The notes under the pieces were generated by a model. It ran no database searches and was not told the DNA's origin. It saw only the letters and a program-made list of their open reading frames with translations. Below are positions 12,181 to 25,719 of a stretch of DNA of 64,000 bases, piece after piece. The stretch comes from Rhizophagus irregularis. Lineage: Eukaryota. The number at the start of each line of letters is the position of its first letter. The stretch's first letter is position 1. The stretch covers positions 2,294,001 through 2,358,000 of the forward strand of contig NC_089431.1 in assembly GCF_026210795.1 (NCBI RefSeq), given 5' to 3'. The position numbers were made by a program, and so were the translations under genes.

Positions 12181-14542
12181 ATGAGCGAGACAGAATTACC
12201 ACAAGATCCAACCCAACTTCAAGTTCTCGCTCGCCAGCAGGCGAAAGAATTGAAAGAGCTTCGAGAACAATTGAATGCTAGTCATACAGAGAAAATTTCG
12301 GTAAGCAATCGCGTCTACATTCAGTGGTTCTTTTAGCTCTTTTCTATTACAGGAACGCTAATTTATACCATATAAATTAACTATTTATTTCCATACGTTT
12401 TATAAATATATGTACTTTTTGTCAACTTTCATTTATTGAATTCCACCTTTTGATACAATTTAAAGGATCGCGCTAAAGCTCTGCAGCAAGTTGAACAAAG
12501 TGAAAAAAGCATTACCAAATCCCTTCAAGAACAATTGAATTATGTGAGAATCTTTTTTTATTCCTTTATATCCTATCTAATATCTAATGATGAGCGCTTT
12601 TTATTCTCTTATTATTAAGGCCAGACAAGAGAAGGCAAACTTGGAAGCATCGATGGAAGCTCGCGCTAAATCATTTCAGAGTACTTTGTCTAAATTACAA
12701 ATTAATCAATGGTTAGTTTAGAGAGGGTGGATAATGTTTCTTTTTTGTATATATCTTTAGGTTTGATACGTGAAGGATATATTGAATGTTTCGTATTCTT
12801 TACGACATGCATTCTTTGTTACATTTTTTTTTCAGACGCGTTTTTTAAAAAAATAGATAGATTTTATATTGCAAAGTTTTTTAGAGGAAATTTACTGAAA
12901 TTTAGGGATTAATAAATTTAAAATTATTAGTGAAGTCAGTTCAGAAGTACCGCCTTCACCAATTCCCACTGATACACAAAAATTAGTTTTGGAATCTGAA
13001 GATCCAATCGTTTTAAAACAGGAACTTCAAAACGCATACGAGCGTATTCGACAACAAGAATTAGATATTAAGAAACTCAAATTTGAAGTTGAAATGGAAC
13101 AAGGCCATGTCAATATTTTAAGACATGATAATCAAATGTTAAGACGGATGACAGTCGACATGGTAGGTAGTTTTGTGGTATCATGATTTTTACAATTATA
13201 AAGTGTTATATTTTATACATAATACATTCCCTCTTAGCATGCATCTGCTGAACAAGAAGAAGAATACATTTCAAATAAATTACTGAAACGTATTTCAGGA
13301 CTTAAGAAAGAGAAAGGTGAGTTACTCCTCCAAGTTGAACAAGAGGAGGAGTATCTTACCAATACTTTACAAAAGAAACTGAACCAAGTAAGTCCTCTAA
13401 TATACAAATTACCACAATAACAATAATCATTTAAATAAATTATGATTATACGATTTTTATTCAGTTGCAAAAAGAAAAAATTGATATGGAAAATGCTCTT
13501 GAACAAGAACAAGAGTATATTGTCAATCGACTTCAAAAGCAACTTGATTCATTGCGTCAGCAACAGACGTATCATCCACATCATTCACGCGAGAATAGCA
13601 CTTCTTCAACTTCTAATCCTGGCAATATTACTCCTTTGCCACCTGCATCTCCATCTTCGACGTAGGTGATTTTTACTTTTTGATATTTGTAACGTAGTTG
13701 CTTATGAATTTAAATCATTTTTCATATTAAAGTCACAAAAAGTGGGTAACTGCGCATTCTTCTTCTCCCACTTCTCCTGATTTTGGTCTCGCTTCTCCTG
13801 GTGTAGTTGAAGTACTGAAAGCAGAAGTTAACACGCTTAGGACTAAAATTTCAGAGATGGAAAAAGAATGTGAGTCATTTTAATACATTTGGAATATTGT
13901 TCGTTTATTTGATTAAACATAAAACTTTCATGTTAGATATTGCGAAATCCAGTCAAACAACTCGATTAAAGAATGAATTAATTGAATTGAGAAAGAAATC
14001 CGGATTACCAGTAGAAGATTTATTGACAGAAGAACCGTAAGATGGAGATTTGAATTTCTTTGTACAACTGTTTCAAAGTATGTACAATTGTTTATTCAAT
14101 TTATTTTTCTCTTCAGTGTACCCGCTTTTCTAAGGCATAATAGCAATCCGAGAAATGTAAGTACAATTTACTGGCTTCCTCATTGCCATGGATGCTTTCG
14201 CCTTTTGATTGTGTCTTAATTTCTTTGAAAATAGACGCGGAGATCAAACTCGAATACGCACAATTCGACACCAAACCTTGTCCGAGGTCGATCGGTGTCT
14301 GCAGGTGATGTTAAATCCGCGCTTCCAAATGCAGTCAGTTTAGGTTCACAGGGTAGTATCCAAGCCTCACGGTCACGTAGCGGTAACGTGTTAACTTTAA
14401 GTTTTATAATTATTAAAAACAAGTTCAGTTTTTTATTTATCACAATCTCTTAGTGTCGGCAACTCTCAATCAAGCACCCAGCATCGGAAACTCATCTCAA
14501 TCGGAATCTTTATCATCACCAAGTGGTCCTTCCCAGGATTAA
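12181..14542 (+). CDS. CCDC6-like (DUF2046) coiled-coil protein, multi-exon
   Basis: First exon MSETELPQDP...EKIS|gtaagc. Repeats AEQEEEYISNKLLKRI / VEQEEEYLTNTLQKKL / LEQEQEYIVNRLQKQL are characteristic of CCDC6/DUF2046. Ser/Pro-rich tail ends SGPSQD* at 14542. Confidence 0.8.
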
Positions 14543-15112
14543 TTATCTTAATAATAATATCTAAGTTTTATAATTTTTTACTTAGGGAGTTGTTGATTTT
14601 AGTACATATTTTCATGTTTTTTAAAGGAATCGAAAGGTGAAGAACGAGGTTTAAGATGAATTATAGCATAGAATAACAAAATTACGATATCAGCACTTCC
14701 TATCTTAGCAAAATAATAGAACAATTGGTATAATTATTTTTTGCTAAATGATCTCTCGAAACATTCTAAAAAAACAAAAAAAGTTATTACCAAATATATT
14801 CTTTCAATATCGTAGAATTTAAAATTTTATATTGAGATGGTGAAAAAAATTCATCCATAAAATAATATCATTTTAAATGTTTAAATGTATAATTTCAGCT
14901 TTTTCTTGTATTTTAATAAAGTATTATAATTTACAAAATTGTGTTTTCAATTTTTCGATTGAATTAATTATTGGCCACTTCCGCAGTATGTTCAACCCCC
15001 CACGTGACCTAAAAATATTCATCACCGGCATTTGGACGTTTTAAATTATTTTTTCACGTCCGTTAAATGTCACCGGTCACGTGGGTAGAATTTAATTATA
15101 GTGGTGTTACAA

Positions 15113-15658
15113 CAGAGACCCGGATTTATTCCGATATTAAATCGCAAATTTTTATCACGATAACGAAAAAAATTCCGATTTTATTCCGATAAAAAATTAC
15201 CAATTATAGTAAGAAACATTTGATAATTCTAGCCGGCCTACATCTTAATGCAGGCCAACTTAGGTTGCGCTAGTGACACGACAATAATTTTTAGTCAAAA
15301 ACTGTATAGATATTACAAAATTGCAAAATCACATTTTTTTAGTTAGACTTCTATCACGATATAGTCAATAAAATATGCAATAATGATTGGCTAGTTGTCA
15401 CGTGCCGGAATAAAATCATAAAAATTCCGTTTTATTCCATAATACAGCAAAAATTCTGATTTATTCATTTATTATAAAAATGGAATTTTCCCGGGTTTTT
15501 TTTTTAAATTTTTTTATTTTTAAATCCACGTGAACTAGATTACAGAAAGATAGACAAGAACAAAAGATAAAACAAAAGTCAAACGCTATCTAATACTATG
15601 CTATAATCAAACCGCCCGAAGACGGCGCCACTCTGGTTGGAATTTTCCCGGGTCTCTG
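15113..15658. mobile_element. Non-autonomous hAT element (546 bp)
   Basis: Perfect 11-bp TIR cagagacccgg/ccgggtctctg and a perfect 8-bp TSD tgttacaa on both sides. Confidence 0.9.
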
Positions 15659-16251
15659 TGTTACAACTAAATACTAATATTTAAAGCATCACGTGATAAC
15701 CAATTCGTTATTAAACAGACTAACCAAATTATATTAGTTAGCGAACTAAAAGGAATTTTTGCCGATGATCTGTTAATTCTGTTATGCACTCTAAAAATTA
15801 GTACTATAATGACATGCATACTGAATTAATGCAAGACATGCAAATCATGTATGACAACATAAAAATATTGACTTTATAATTGGTTCTTTCTAATGTTACA
15901 AATTGATTTTTTTTTTCGGTCCGTTTTTTTCGCGCCAAACTCTAAATTAAGATACCTTTTATAGTAAAGTGTTAATTAAAGAATGGAATAATGCAGGAGA
16001 TTTTTTATTATTCAACCCGATTTTCAAATAATAAACAAATGTATTTTGTAATTAATATTTATATTTTGTAACTAGAAATCATAATATGCTTGCGTTTAAG
16101 GTATAATCAATTTATATTTTCTTTTCTTTCTTTATTGTCTTTTCTCATAACGAAAATTTCGCGTTTTAAATTTAATTTTACAAAAAGTTAATTCGTTATA
16201 TGTATGCTTTCTGCGACGATAAATAAAAATATATATACCCAAAGCTAAGTG

Positions 16252-18033
16252 ATGGAAGTGGAATTTAAACATTCGGATTTTATTCCAGCACATACGACAT
16301 CAAGTTCGATAGATGATTCAGAATTGGAACAAAGGCTTGAGTTATACGGACTTTGTAAAGAATGTCAACATCCAAAACTTAACGAAGAGTGGTGTTCAAA
16401 ATGTAATAACGAAAGATTTGAAGCAAGATTTGATACATGGACTAGTGGAAATAAAGATATTGATAAATTTATTTCTACAGTACAATTAACTGCTACAAAT
16501 TATTCTCAAATATTGGAATGGATTCCATGGAAACGTTTAATGGAAATTGTACATATTGGAATTGGTAGATTTGGATCTGCTTATTCTGTTAGATGGTTAG
16601 ATGGATATATTACTCATTGGGATAATACAAAACAAGAATGGGGAAGAAGTGAGTCCGGAAAAAAATTCTATGTTAAAGTCCTTCAAGGTTTATCAACTGA
16701 CTTCGCAAATTTTGTTAATGAGGTGAATAATTCACGTGATTCCTTGTGAAATTTTTTTTTCCTGATTAGCTAATGTCTTGATTTGTTTTCCCTAGTTGTT
16801 GTCACATCAAAATGGTAAAAATGGGTTGATCCGATGTTACGGAATAACTCAGGACCCAGCCACAAAGGATTACGCATTAGTTATTCGTTGCATTGAGCGA
16901 GACATGAAAAGTTATTTATACAGTTCTCTTCCATATCCTGAATACGACTGGAAGACAAAACTAGAAATCCTCGCAGATATCGCTTCGGTCCTTCATCGTA
17001 TTCATGACGCAGGTTTCGTTCACAAGAATCTTCACACAGGAAATTTAAGACGTTTAATGAATAGCACAATAGTAACCGAGATAAACTTGAATAGTCACGG
17101 TGACGATTCACCGACACTATCACATTCGGATGGGGTTTACGGAGTTCTTCCTTATATTGCACCAGAAGTCTTACGAGGGGGGCCAATTAATAAAGCGGCG
17201 GATATATATAGTCTTGGTGTAATTATGTGGGAAGTAGCAATTCAAAGACCTCCATTTGATTTAAATGCTCATGATAAATTGTTAGCCCAAAGGATTTGTT
17301 GTGGATTAAGACCTCACATTAACAATTCAATGCCAAAATCATTGGCTAAATTAATTAAAAGATGTTGGGATGCAAATCCATTAAATCGCCCCGAAGCTGA
17401 AGAAGTTTATATTTGGGTACAATGGTGGCTAGATTTATGTAATGATTCTACTTCTGATATTGCGGCAGAATTTAATATTGTTGATGGTGAAAGAAAACAA
17501 AAGGATGGAAATTTTTTTACGCACCCCGAGGCTATTTATACAAAACGTTTTTTGGATTTTCCGAGTTTACCTGAGCCCGAAAATTTTTCTCCTGATACCT
17601 ATCATCAAATGGTTTCTTTATATGCAAGACGTCAACATATTTTGGATTCTGACAGTCATTGGAGCGCAAATAATAACTCGGATATTTTTGGTAAGTAATT
17701 AATTAAAGATTTTCTGTTCGAATAGTTTGAATATAACGCGAATTTTATTTCTAATAGATTTCGAATCGCAATTATCGCGTCCACCTTCAACCTATGCAGA
17801 AAATAACAAGGACAATCAAATTCTCACCCCACCTCCTCATAAGATTATAAGAGATATCTCATTAGAATATAACATACCAGGAGCATTTATCGGTAATGAT
17901 ACTTTTCTTTCATAACTATATAAATTATGTTTATCTAACATACGTATATTCTCATATATATAGGCGACAATATAGAAATAATTGACAATTGGGATGGTAA
18001 ATATAATTATTTATTATATTTAACAATTATATA
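16252..18033 (+). CDS. AMF-type tyrosine-kinase-like protein, probable pseudokinase (exons 16252-16722, 16796-17690, 17758-17892; last exon uncertain)
   Basis: N-terminal YGLCKEC...WCSKC...WTSGNKDIDKFI and LEWIP, CYGITQDP, YGVLPYIAPEVL, ADIYSLG, CWDANPLNRP are hallmarks of the expanded Glomeromycotina TKL family. Confidence 0.85.
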
Positions 18034-18563
18034 GAATGAAGTCTAATTTCCTCTTTGAATTTTAACACAGATGTTGAAGTATATATTCATTACGTTGTAA
18101 TGGTTCTTATACCAAATGCATTTACGATAATTTTCCCAGATATCACAAAACATTATAAGAGTTTACCATTTTATATCAGAATTAGCTTTCTATCGTTAAT
18201 GTTTTACTCGATTTTTGCTTCTATATGGAGCCTCATTAGATTATTTCTCCTTTTTTTATTTCTTTATTAACAAATAATTAGAAAGTTTATTAAAATTTTG
18301 TATATTAATATAATATTTTTAAATGAAATTTATAATTTAGACAATTATGTTTGTTCTGATCAACATGATCAACATAAAAATTGATAATTTTGTCAAGGCA
18401 CGTGATTCAAAAATGCATATTTACAAAGTCAAATCTCGTTTAAAAGTCTTTTTTTTTTTACTTTTGTTTGAACTACATTATTTTTTAACGTATTTATATT
18501 TTTTTTAAAAAAACCTACAAAAAAGTATTTTCAACTCGTGCTCTTTGTTTACTACTTGACGCA

Positions 18564-19574
18564 ATGGCTTCAATACTTTCTGATGGCTCTTTAACCGATG
18601 TATCCTCGTCGAGTTCGCCTTCGTCAGGGTCATATGATAGTTCGGGAAATTCTTCACCTAATGTAACATTACGTTATCAAAAAGGAGAAGAAGCGCTATG
18701 TTATCATGGTCCTACGGTATATATAGCACAAATCTTGGACACGAGAATAATATACACTAGTAAAGTTGGTGAAGTAGGTCCACAATATCACGTACATTAT
18801 AAAGGATGGAACAAGAAATGGGACGAATGGGTACCTGAATCAAGATTACTTAAGAAGACACAAGAAAATATAGAGATGTACATGATGCCGAAGAAGCATG
18901 TTATGGTTGAATCATCAGAACAAGATTCAGCTGATAATATTGTTGATAATAATAACAATAATAATAAAAGGAGATTTAAAGAAGATGAAAGCGATCTAGA
19001 GGGAGGAGATAAGAAAAATCAAAAATTACGCTCAAAAAGAATTAGGTTATCCGTTGATGTAAAGATTGAGGAGAAAGTCAGGATGATTGATGAATGGCAG
19101 TGGATAACTAAAAATCAATTAATTATACATCCAATGCCAAGAGAAAAAACTGTGGATGATATTCTAAAGGAATTTTTAGACTGGTACTTGGAAAAATTAA
19201 GAGAACGTAATAAAATCACTAAACAACAAGAGTTGGATGTAGACGATGATGTAGAAGATTTTAAAGAATTCTTTAATGAAGCCCTTCCAATTTATCTTCT
19301 TTATCGTTTTGAACGACAACAATTTGTTGAAATGACAGAAAAATATCCTGAACTTCCTTATTCTTCAATTTATGGTGCAGAACATTTAATGCGTCTTATT
19401 GTAAAAATACCAGATCTTGTATTTTCTGTACAAATGAAAGAAGAGAAAGCTGAGGAAATACAAACGTTGGTTAGGGAGATAGCAGAATTCATGCAGCTTA
19501 AATGTAAAAATTATTACGCTACTCAATATGAACCTGCTGATCCTGCTTATATTAGAATTATCTGGGAATATTAA
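18564..19574 (+). CDS. EAF3: Eaf3/MRG15-family chromo-barrel plus MRG domain protein (336 aa, intronless)
   Basis: LCYHGP.VY.A.I...YHVHYKGWNKKWDEWVPESRLLK (chromo barrel); LLYRFERQQ and YGAEHLMRL (MRG domain). Confidence 0.85.
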   Translation: MASILSDGSLTDVSSSSSPSSGSYDSSGNSSPNVTLRYQKGEEALCYHGPTVYIAQILDTRIIYTSKVGEVGPQYHVHYKGWNKKWDEWVPESRLLKKTQENIEMYMMPKKHVMVESSEQDSADNIVDNNNNNNKRRFKEDESDLEGGDKKNQKLRSKRIRLSVDVKIEEKVRMIDEWQWITKNQLIIHPMPREKTVDDILKEFLDWYLEKLRERNKITKQQELDVDDDVEDFKEFFNEALPIYLLYRFERQQFVEMTEKYPELPYSSIYGAEHLMRLIVKIPDLVFSVQMKEEKAEEIQTLVREIAEFMQLKCKNYYATQYEPADPAYIRIIWEY

Positions 19575-20190
19575 TGAAAAGCTCAATGAGAGAATTTTAC
19601 AAAAAAAGCAAATGGAAAGTATTAGAAGAAGTAAATGTCAATTTGCCAGCATATTGTAAATGCTATTTTATTTTCATTTTTCAATAACTTACTTTAATTA
19701 TTATAATTCTATTATCCTTTGTATATATTTTTTTATTTTTTTTATTTTAGTATTCTGCTTTAGTAATTAATGTATTTTAATTCTTTTTTTTTATGTTTAG
19801 CTGTGATAGTTTATAACGTGCAGACATATTCTTTAACATTATAAACTTATTGTTTACATTATCAGGTTTTGTTATTGAAGAAATAAAAATTAATATATAC
19901 CCAAAAAATTTCAATTATTCTAATAATAGTAGATGTGTTGTATGCTAACTGAAATAAATAAATTTGTATATTATATAAGATTTATTTGATTTATTAGAAT
20001 ATTAATAAGTAATAATTTTGGATAAAAAAATTTTATTTACTAAATTAAATAAAAAATATTAAAAATTCTAATAGAAACAATTTTTTTTATATAAGATTAT
20101 AGCTTTAACAATAAATTTAAATAAAAAGTATTATATTTATCTAATTAAACTATATTAATTTGTATATATAAACCCTAATTTTTCAATATA

Positions 20191-20368
20191 CAGTTGTCCT
20201 CCCATATAGTCACCCTCACAACTCCCTTATAAGCACATTTACATTAATCCCAAATTACTAATAAACTTACTAAAAAAAACCTTTCCTTTAATCACATCAT
20301 ATATAATTTTTATAGTCACCCCTTTTTTTTTTGATCCCAAAGGGTGTAATTATATGGGAGGATAACTG
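20191..20368. mobile_element. Tc1/mariner (pogo-type) MITE
   Basis: ta|cagttgtcctcccatatagtcacc ... gtaattatatgggaggataactg|ta. Confidence 0.8.
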
Positions 20369-20430
20369 TATACAGTATAGCTTTATTTTTTTATTTTAAA
20401 TTTAATTTCATATTATTATTAGAAATAATG

Positions 20431-20578
20431 TATTTACCGCACCCTGCGTTACAAATTTATATATATTTTTATGTTTATCATTTGCCATTTTAGGGGGGGT
20501 GCGGCGTATAAACTAAAGATTGACATAAATAATTTACAAAAAAGGAAGGATGCTTTGTAACGCAGGGTGCGGTAAATA
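20431..20578. mobile_element. MITE with perfect 25-bp inverted ends
   Basis: tatttaccgcaccctgcgttacaaa ... tttgtaacgcagggtgcggtaaata. Confidence 0.8.
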
Positions 20579-21488
20579 AATTCACTCTTATTATTATATA
20601 ATATTAATATATAAAAATAAAAAATAACTACATGGAAAATTAACCAAAAAAATTATATAATTTCAAATAAAACTATTACATGCATTATTAACATTAATTC
20701 TTTATTAATTTAAATTAGCAATATTCTATAAAGATATATAATTTTTTTATAATATTAAATATAGTATTATATAAAAGCAAATCAAAATTATCAATTATAG
20801 AATCAAATAAGATCGTATATAATAAAAAATTTGTATTTTAACTAATCATATAAATCTAAAGGCTAAAGCTATTTTAACAAGTTTGTTATATCCTTTTTTT
20901 TTAATATACTGTGCATTTATTAGTTAAAGTAAAAAAAATTATAGATATATAAAGTACAAAAATAATAAATTAAATTACAGAATACTAATAAATTACTTAT
21001 CATCCAATACTATAAACTCTACATATACACAATTAATATTTAGCAGATTAAAACAGCTATATAGGTATATATTTATAAAAAATTCATTTTTAGCATAAAT
21101 GCTTGTAATCTAAACTAGTAAAAGCTACCTTACTATAACTAATATTACCATATATTAGTAAAAATTAAAAACAAAAAAAACTATATAAATTAATAAAATC
21201 CTTTTATAATTTCTATAAAGTCATTTACTTAAGTAAATAAAATGGCAAGTTAGCCTAATTAAATTGTAAAACCATTTTGATTTTCTGGATTTTCAGATTA
21301 AGTTATGGAAAATAAATATATTAGTAATTAAAACTCAAAGAAATATCATTTATGGCAAATATATTTAATATATCAGTATAAAGAATAAATATATTGTAAA
21401 TAGCATTCAAATTCAAATAAAATTAGAGAAGAAATTCTCACATGGACCATTTTTTCACGAAAAAATAATATTTTATTTTAAAGTAACT

Positions 21489-22880
21489 ATGGCCAAAAAT
21501 GACACCAAAAACACTCAAATATGCTTAGAAAAAGCACAAAATGTACTTTGCAACTTTATAAAAGAAGTATTCATCGCTTTACTTGAAGTAGTTCTAGAAT
21601 GCCTTATTAAAACTAGCTCTACAGGTGTATACCAAAGTTTACAAGACCGTTTTGACTCTGAGATGCTGAACTACTTATCAAAAGACTTCTTTGATAGCTT
21701 TATTGATGCACATATGAAAACTAGAACCTTTAACGCAAATAGTTTTATGAACTTAATATTTCTTTTTATGGAGTTTTATGAAATCTTTCTTGAAGCTTTC
21801 GTAAAATGAGAAGGCTCAGAAACTTGAGAAAAAAATTGCACGACTTCCCGCATGTCAAAAATATGCACCAATCAGGAGGTTATATCTCTATGTACATCAA
21901 CATCAGAAATGGAAATTTTTGAAGACACTATACATCAATCATAGGACGTGAATATTGAAATACAAACAAAAGCGCAGATGCCAAATCGTACCCTTTACAA
22001 AAGAAAAGAACCGCATGGTGACTTTTGCTGATATTGTGAAATGAAAGCCTGATAACGATAGCTGGCCATCTTTATCTACTCCTATTGGACGTAAAAGACC
22101 TTTAAAGACTTCTGCTAAGAAAGATCCTAAAAGCAGTGATAAATCGTCTAAGAAGTTTGATAAAAAAATTAAATCTCAATAACATGCTTCTAAAAAAATA
22201 ATTTTAATCATTAGGGCAGTGACATTTATTACGTAATATTTTAGGGGGTGGGAGGGTATTTAAAGGTCATATAACATATAAGTGTAACGTAAGATTTTTC
22301 ATATTACATTTTTTAAAGATGCGCTTGCAGAATGATATTACGTAATAAATGTCACTGCCCTGAGACTGGATATGAGTCTATGAGGATAATATTTGGAAAA
22401 TGGTTGTTTATAATATTTCCTTGAATGTATTTACAGATGAAATACTTAATTACGCTAAGGATTGGAGTAATATTTTGGTTTTAAAGTTCAAAACGCAGAA
22501 GAAATATGTAACAGTCACAGTATTAATAGACCTTAATGACGCAGCTTTGAGTCAATGGAATGAAAAAGTATAGACTGCTTCTCTTAGAGGTTTACCTGTT
22601 TAATAGTTTTCAGCAGCTTGAAATCTAAAGCAATGCAAAGAGCACGAAAAATTCCAGGTAATTTTATTCAATGTTCTCAAATTGCTTACTACTGGTACTT
22701 TATATCTTACTAATAACCCTGCCTAATCATTGCTTTCTTTCACAGGTTGTAAGGTATTCAAACTTATTCAAGATAAAGGGTGTATGAAGCTAATTATGTA
22801 TTACCAATCATAGGCGGACTTGAATAAAGTCACAAATATGAAATTTGACTTCAACAACTTTTCTGATGTATAGATGAGGT
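21489..22880 (+). pseudogene. Decayed ORF1-like region of a non-LTR retroelement, interrupted by a MITE
   Basis: Stop-riddled frames with remnants such as FKTQKKYVTVTV and LPV**FSAA*NLKQCKEHEKFQV. From memory these resemble a common repeat-derived AMF protein motif (..RWFPAxWxLKxRKxREKFQ). Confidence 0.5.
22214..22360. mobile_element. PIF/Harbinger-like MITE (family shared with 34561-34734)
   Basis: TIR gggcagtgacatttattacgtaatat / atattacgtaataaatgtcactgccc; flanks tta/tga. Confidence 0.8.
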
Positions 22881-23060
22881 ACTGTCCCGGGTAGTGGATG
22901 GATAGTTTGGTTCCTAATAATATTAGTTTTTTTTTTTACTTTTCATGTATTGGTTCAGCTAAAATTCTAATAAAGGTTCCAAAATATGCTGCAGCTAAAA
23001 AAAAAAAAAATAGTATTCAAATTAATATATTTCAATTTTTATTCTAAATCTATATAAATA

Positions 23061-23217
23061 CAGTTAACCCTTGTTATAATAAACCTTAGAATCCAGACCT
23101 CAATTTTGCTATAAGACTATAGTAAAGATTTTAAGATTCGTTATAGCAAAAGGAAATTCATTATAGTTGTCTAAAAAATTCACTATATCAAGAGTTCACT
23201 ATATTAAGATTTGACTA
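23061..23217. mobile_element. pogo/Tigger-type MITE (inverted copy at 31498-31669)
   Basis: ta|cagttaacccttgttataa ... ctatattaagatttgacta|ta. The interior matches the reverse complement of 31498-31669. Confidence 0.75.
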
Positions 23218-23698
23218 TACACTAAATTAAAATCCAGAATAATATTAACACAACTCACATTTAAATTTGCTTAAAATTTATATTATAATTTTTCAAAAGT
23301 TGTGTATTACAAAAGTATTTTCAAAATTTTGTTATTCTACATAACCAGTGATTCAATTCTAATAAAATTTATATCATTAAATTCATTTCAATAAGAAAAG
23401 ATTCTAATGATAATAAAATTGCATTTCTAGCTTCAATATTAATAGAATTATACTATAAAATGTATTTTTACCAATTGGTATTTAAAGTTTATTTGCAAGT
23501 TATATTAGTATTATTTAGAGTTTTACTAAATTCTACCAGTTACATTCTTGTATAAAATAATAATTACTAATTTTAACTTAAAGATGCTACCCAAAACTTA
23601 GTAGTTTCTGAAACTGTTATTGGTAAAACTATTTCTGAAATTTTTTTATTTTCTAAAACTAGTAAAACTGGTAAAACTAATCTAAAACTGGTAAATTA

Positions 23699-25592
23699 CC
23701 GTATTTTATCGAAAATAAGCACCTATCAAAAATAAGCACCTCCCCTTATTTTGTGCGATTTCATGCAAAAATCAAAAATAAGCACCTTCAAAAATCAGCA
23801 TCCCCCGGTATTTTATTAATTTTATTGACAATAGAAAAAAAAATAATTTTTAACTATATTGATTTTATTGACTTAAAAAAAATAAAATTTAAACAAATAT
23901 TATTAATTTGTATCGATAAAATCAATTTCATCCATTTCCTCATTTTCATCTTGAAGTTCTTTAAGAAGTTCATCAATTTCTTCATAAACAAGATCATCTT
24001 CCGATCCATCTAAATCATTAGATATACCACATTTTTTAAAAGAACGGATAATAATATAAATGAAAGATATTCTGACGCTTAGCACTTATTTAAACATCAC
24101 TTATTTTAGCACGTCGAAGGTTTCCTGAAGTAGTATACCCAGCACCACCATTAGACATCCAGTGGTGCCATTCTTTACGGAGGTTGTCTTTAAATGGCTT
24201 GTTGATTGCGCATCAAGTGGTTGACAAATGCTAGTCAAACCACCCGGAATTACTGCCAAATCAACATTAGTATCATGAAATGCGTTTTTAACAGATTCTT
24301 CTAAATGTCCTCTAAAAGAATCATACACCATCAATGCAGGAGAGCTGGATTGACCGTTTGTCATTATTCTTGAACGTTTGAGATAATCAACATACCGTTT
24401 CATTAAGTCCGTATTCATCCATCCACTCTCTTGGAACAAACAATCACACCAGAAGGTGCTTGTTCTCCGCGTGGCATTTGTTTTCCTTTGAAAATACAAA
24501 TTGCCGGAAATTTAGTTCCATCTATTATAAATAAAAAAAATTGTTATTTTATTTAAAAACTAATAAAAACCATAAATTTAATGTAAATCTTACGCAAGCG
24601 CATGTTAAAACTTACTGTAAATCTGTTTTTTTCATTTCCTGTTCCACGAATATGAATTGTCTTATCGCCTTTCGTATGAATGGTAAAATTTCCAGCCATG
24701 TCAAACCAGACAGGCGTTTCGTCCATATTAAAAATATTACACAATTCAAAAGATTTTCTGACCCTAATTCGAATGACAAATCTGCGAAATTTTTCCAATA
24801 ATTCTTCTGTTTGTTCAGGTAGTTTTTGCGACACTTTTGTACGCCGCCGTAAAGCCAATTTATACCTTTTCATAAATGCAGATAACCAACTAGATGTTGC
24901 CTTAAATGTTTCTATTGAATTACCATGAGAGAGATCATTTCTGGCCGGTCTAAAATTTCAAACATTGAAATTCGTAAATTCACTGTGGTTATAGCTAATG
25001 CCATTTTTTCTTTTTCATTTGTTCCATAACCCATTTGTATAACTCCACTTCTGCTTCAGGATAAAATGCTTTTCGGCCAGAACCTACACTTTCATGTTTG
25101 TTGCTTTTGTTTCGCTCTTTCCAGTTTAAACTTGCTTTGACCCACTTCCAACCCCATCTAGCACGTCAAGTTAAAGTGCTTATAAGCTTCATTTACGCAC
25201 GTTCGGCAATTAGCATGCAACGACAATTTTTTTTTGCTCAATAGAATACGAACTACGTTGGCGTTTTGAAACTTGTGGCGTAGTATTAAAACAGGTTTGA
25301 AATTGTATGAAATTGTGAAAGTTATAAAAGTTGTATGAAAGTTATGAAGGTCGTATAAAAGTTTCGTGAAAGTTACGAGGTTACGCGAAAGTTATAAAGT
25401 CACGAACGCGAAATAATACCCCTAATTCACATGGTGAAATTCCCGAATTAGTAAAAAAAATTTCCAGAGTGATAAAACCCCTTGATTAATAGATAATCGT
25501 ATTTTAAAAAAAAGTCTTGAAAATAAACACCCCCCAAATTTTTCGTCCAGAATCCTTGCAAAAATGGGGTGCTTATTTTCGATAAAATACGG
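23699..25592 (-). mobile_element. pogo-family DNA transposon with frameshifted, intron-containing transposase (DDE_1 plus CENP-B HTH)
   Basis: Perfect 25-bp TIR ccgtattttatcgaaaataagcacc with TA TSD. Motifs FNMDETPVWFD, GNEKNRFTV, GWMNT, YDSFRGH, IPGGLTSICQPLD, SFKKCGISNDLDGSEDD are split over frames. Confidence 0.92.
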
Positions 25593-25719
25593 TAATCTGA
25601 AACTGGTAAAACTAATTCAAAACTAATAACTAATAAAACTAATCTGAAACTGGTAAATTAATCTGAAACTAATAATTAATCTAAAATTAGTAAAATTGAT
25701 TAAAATTAATAAAAAAAAA

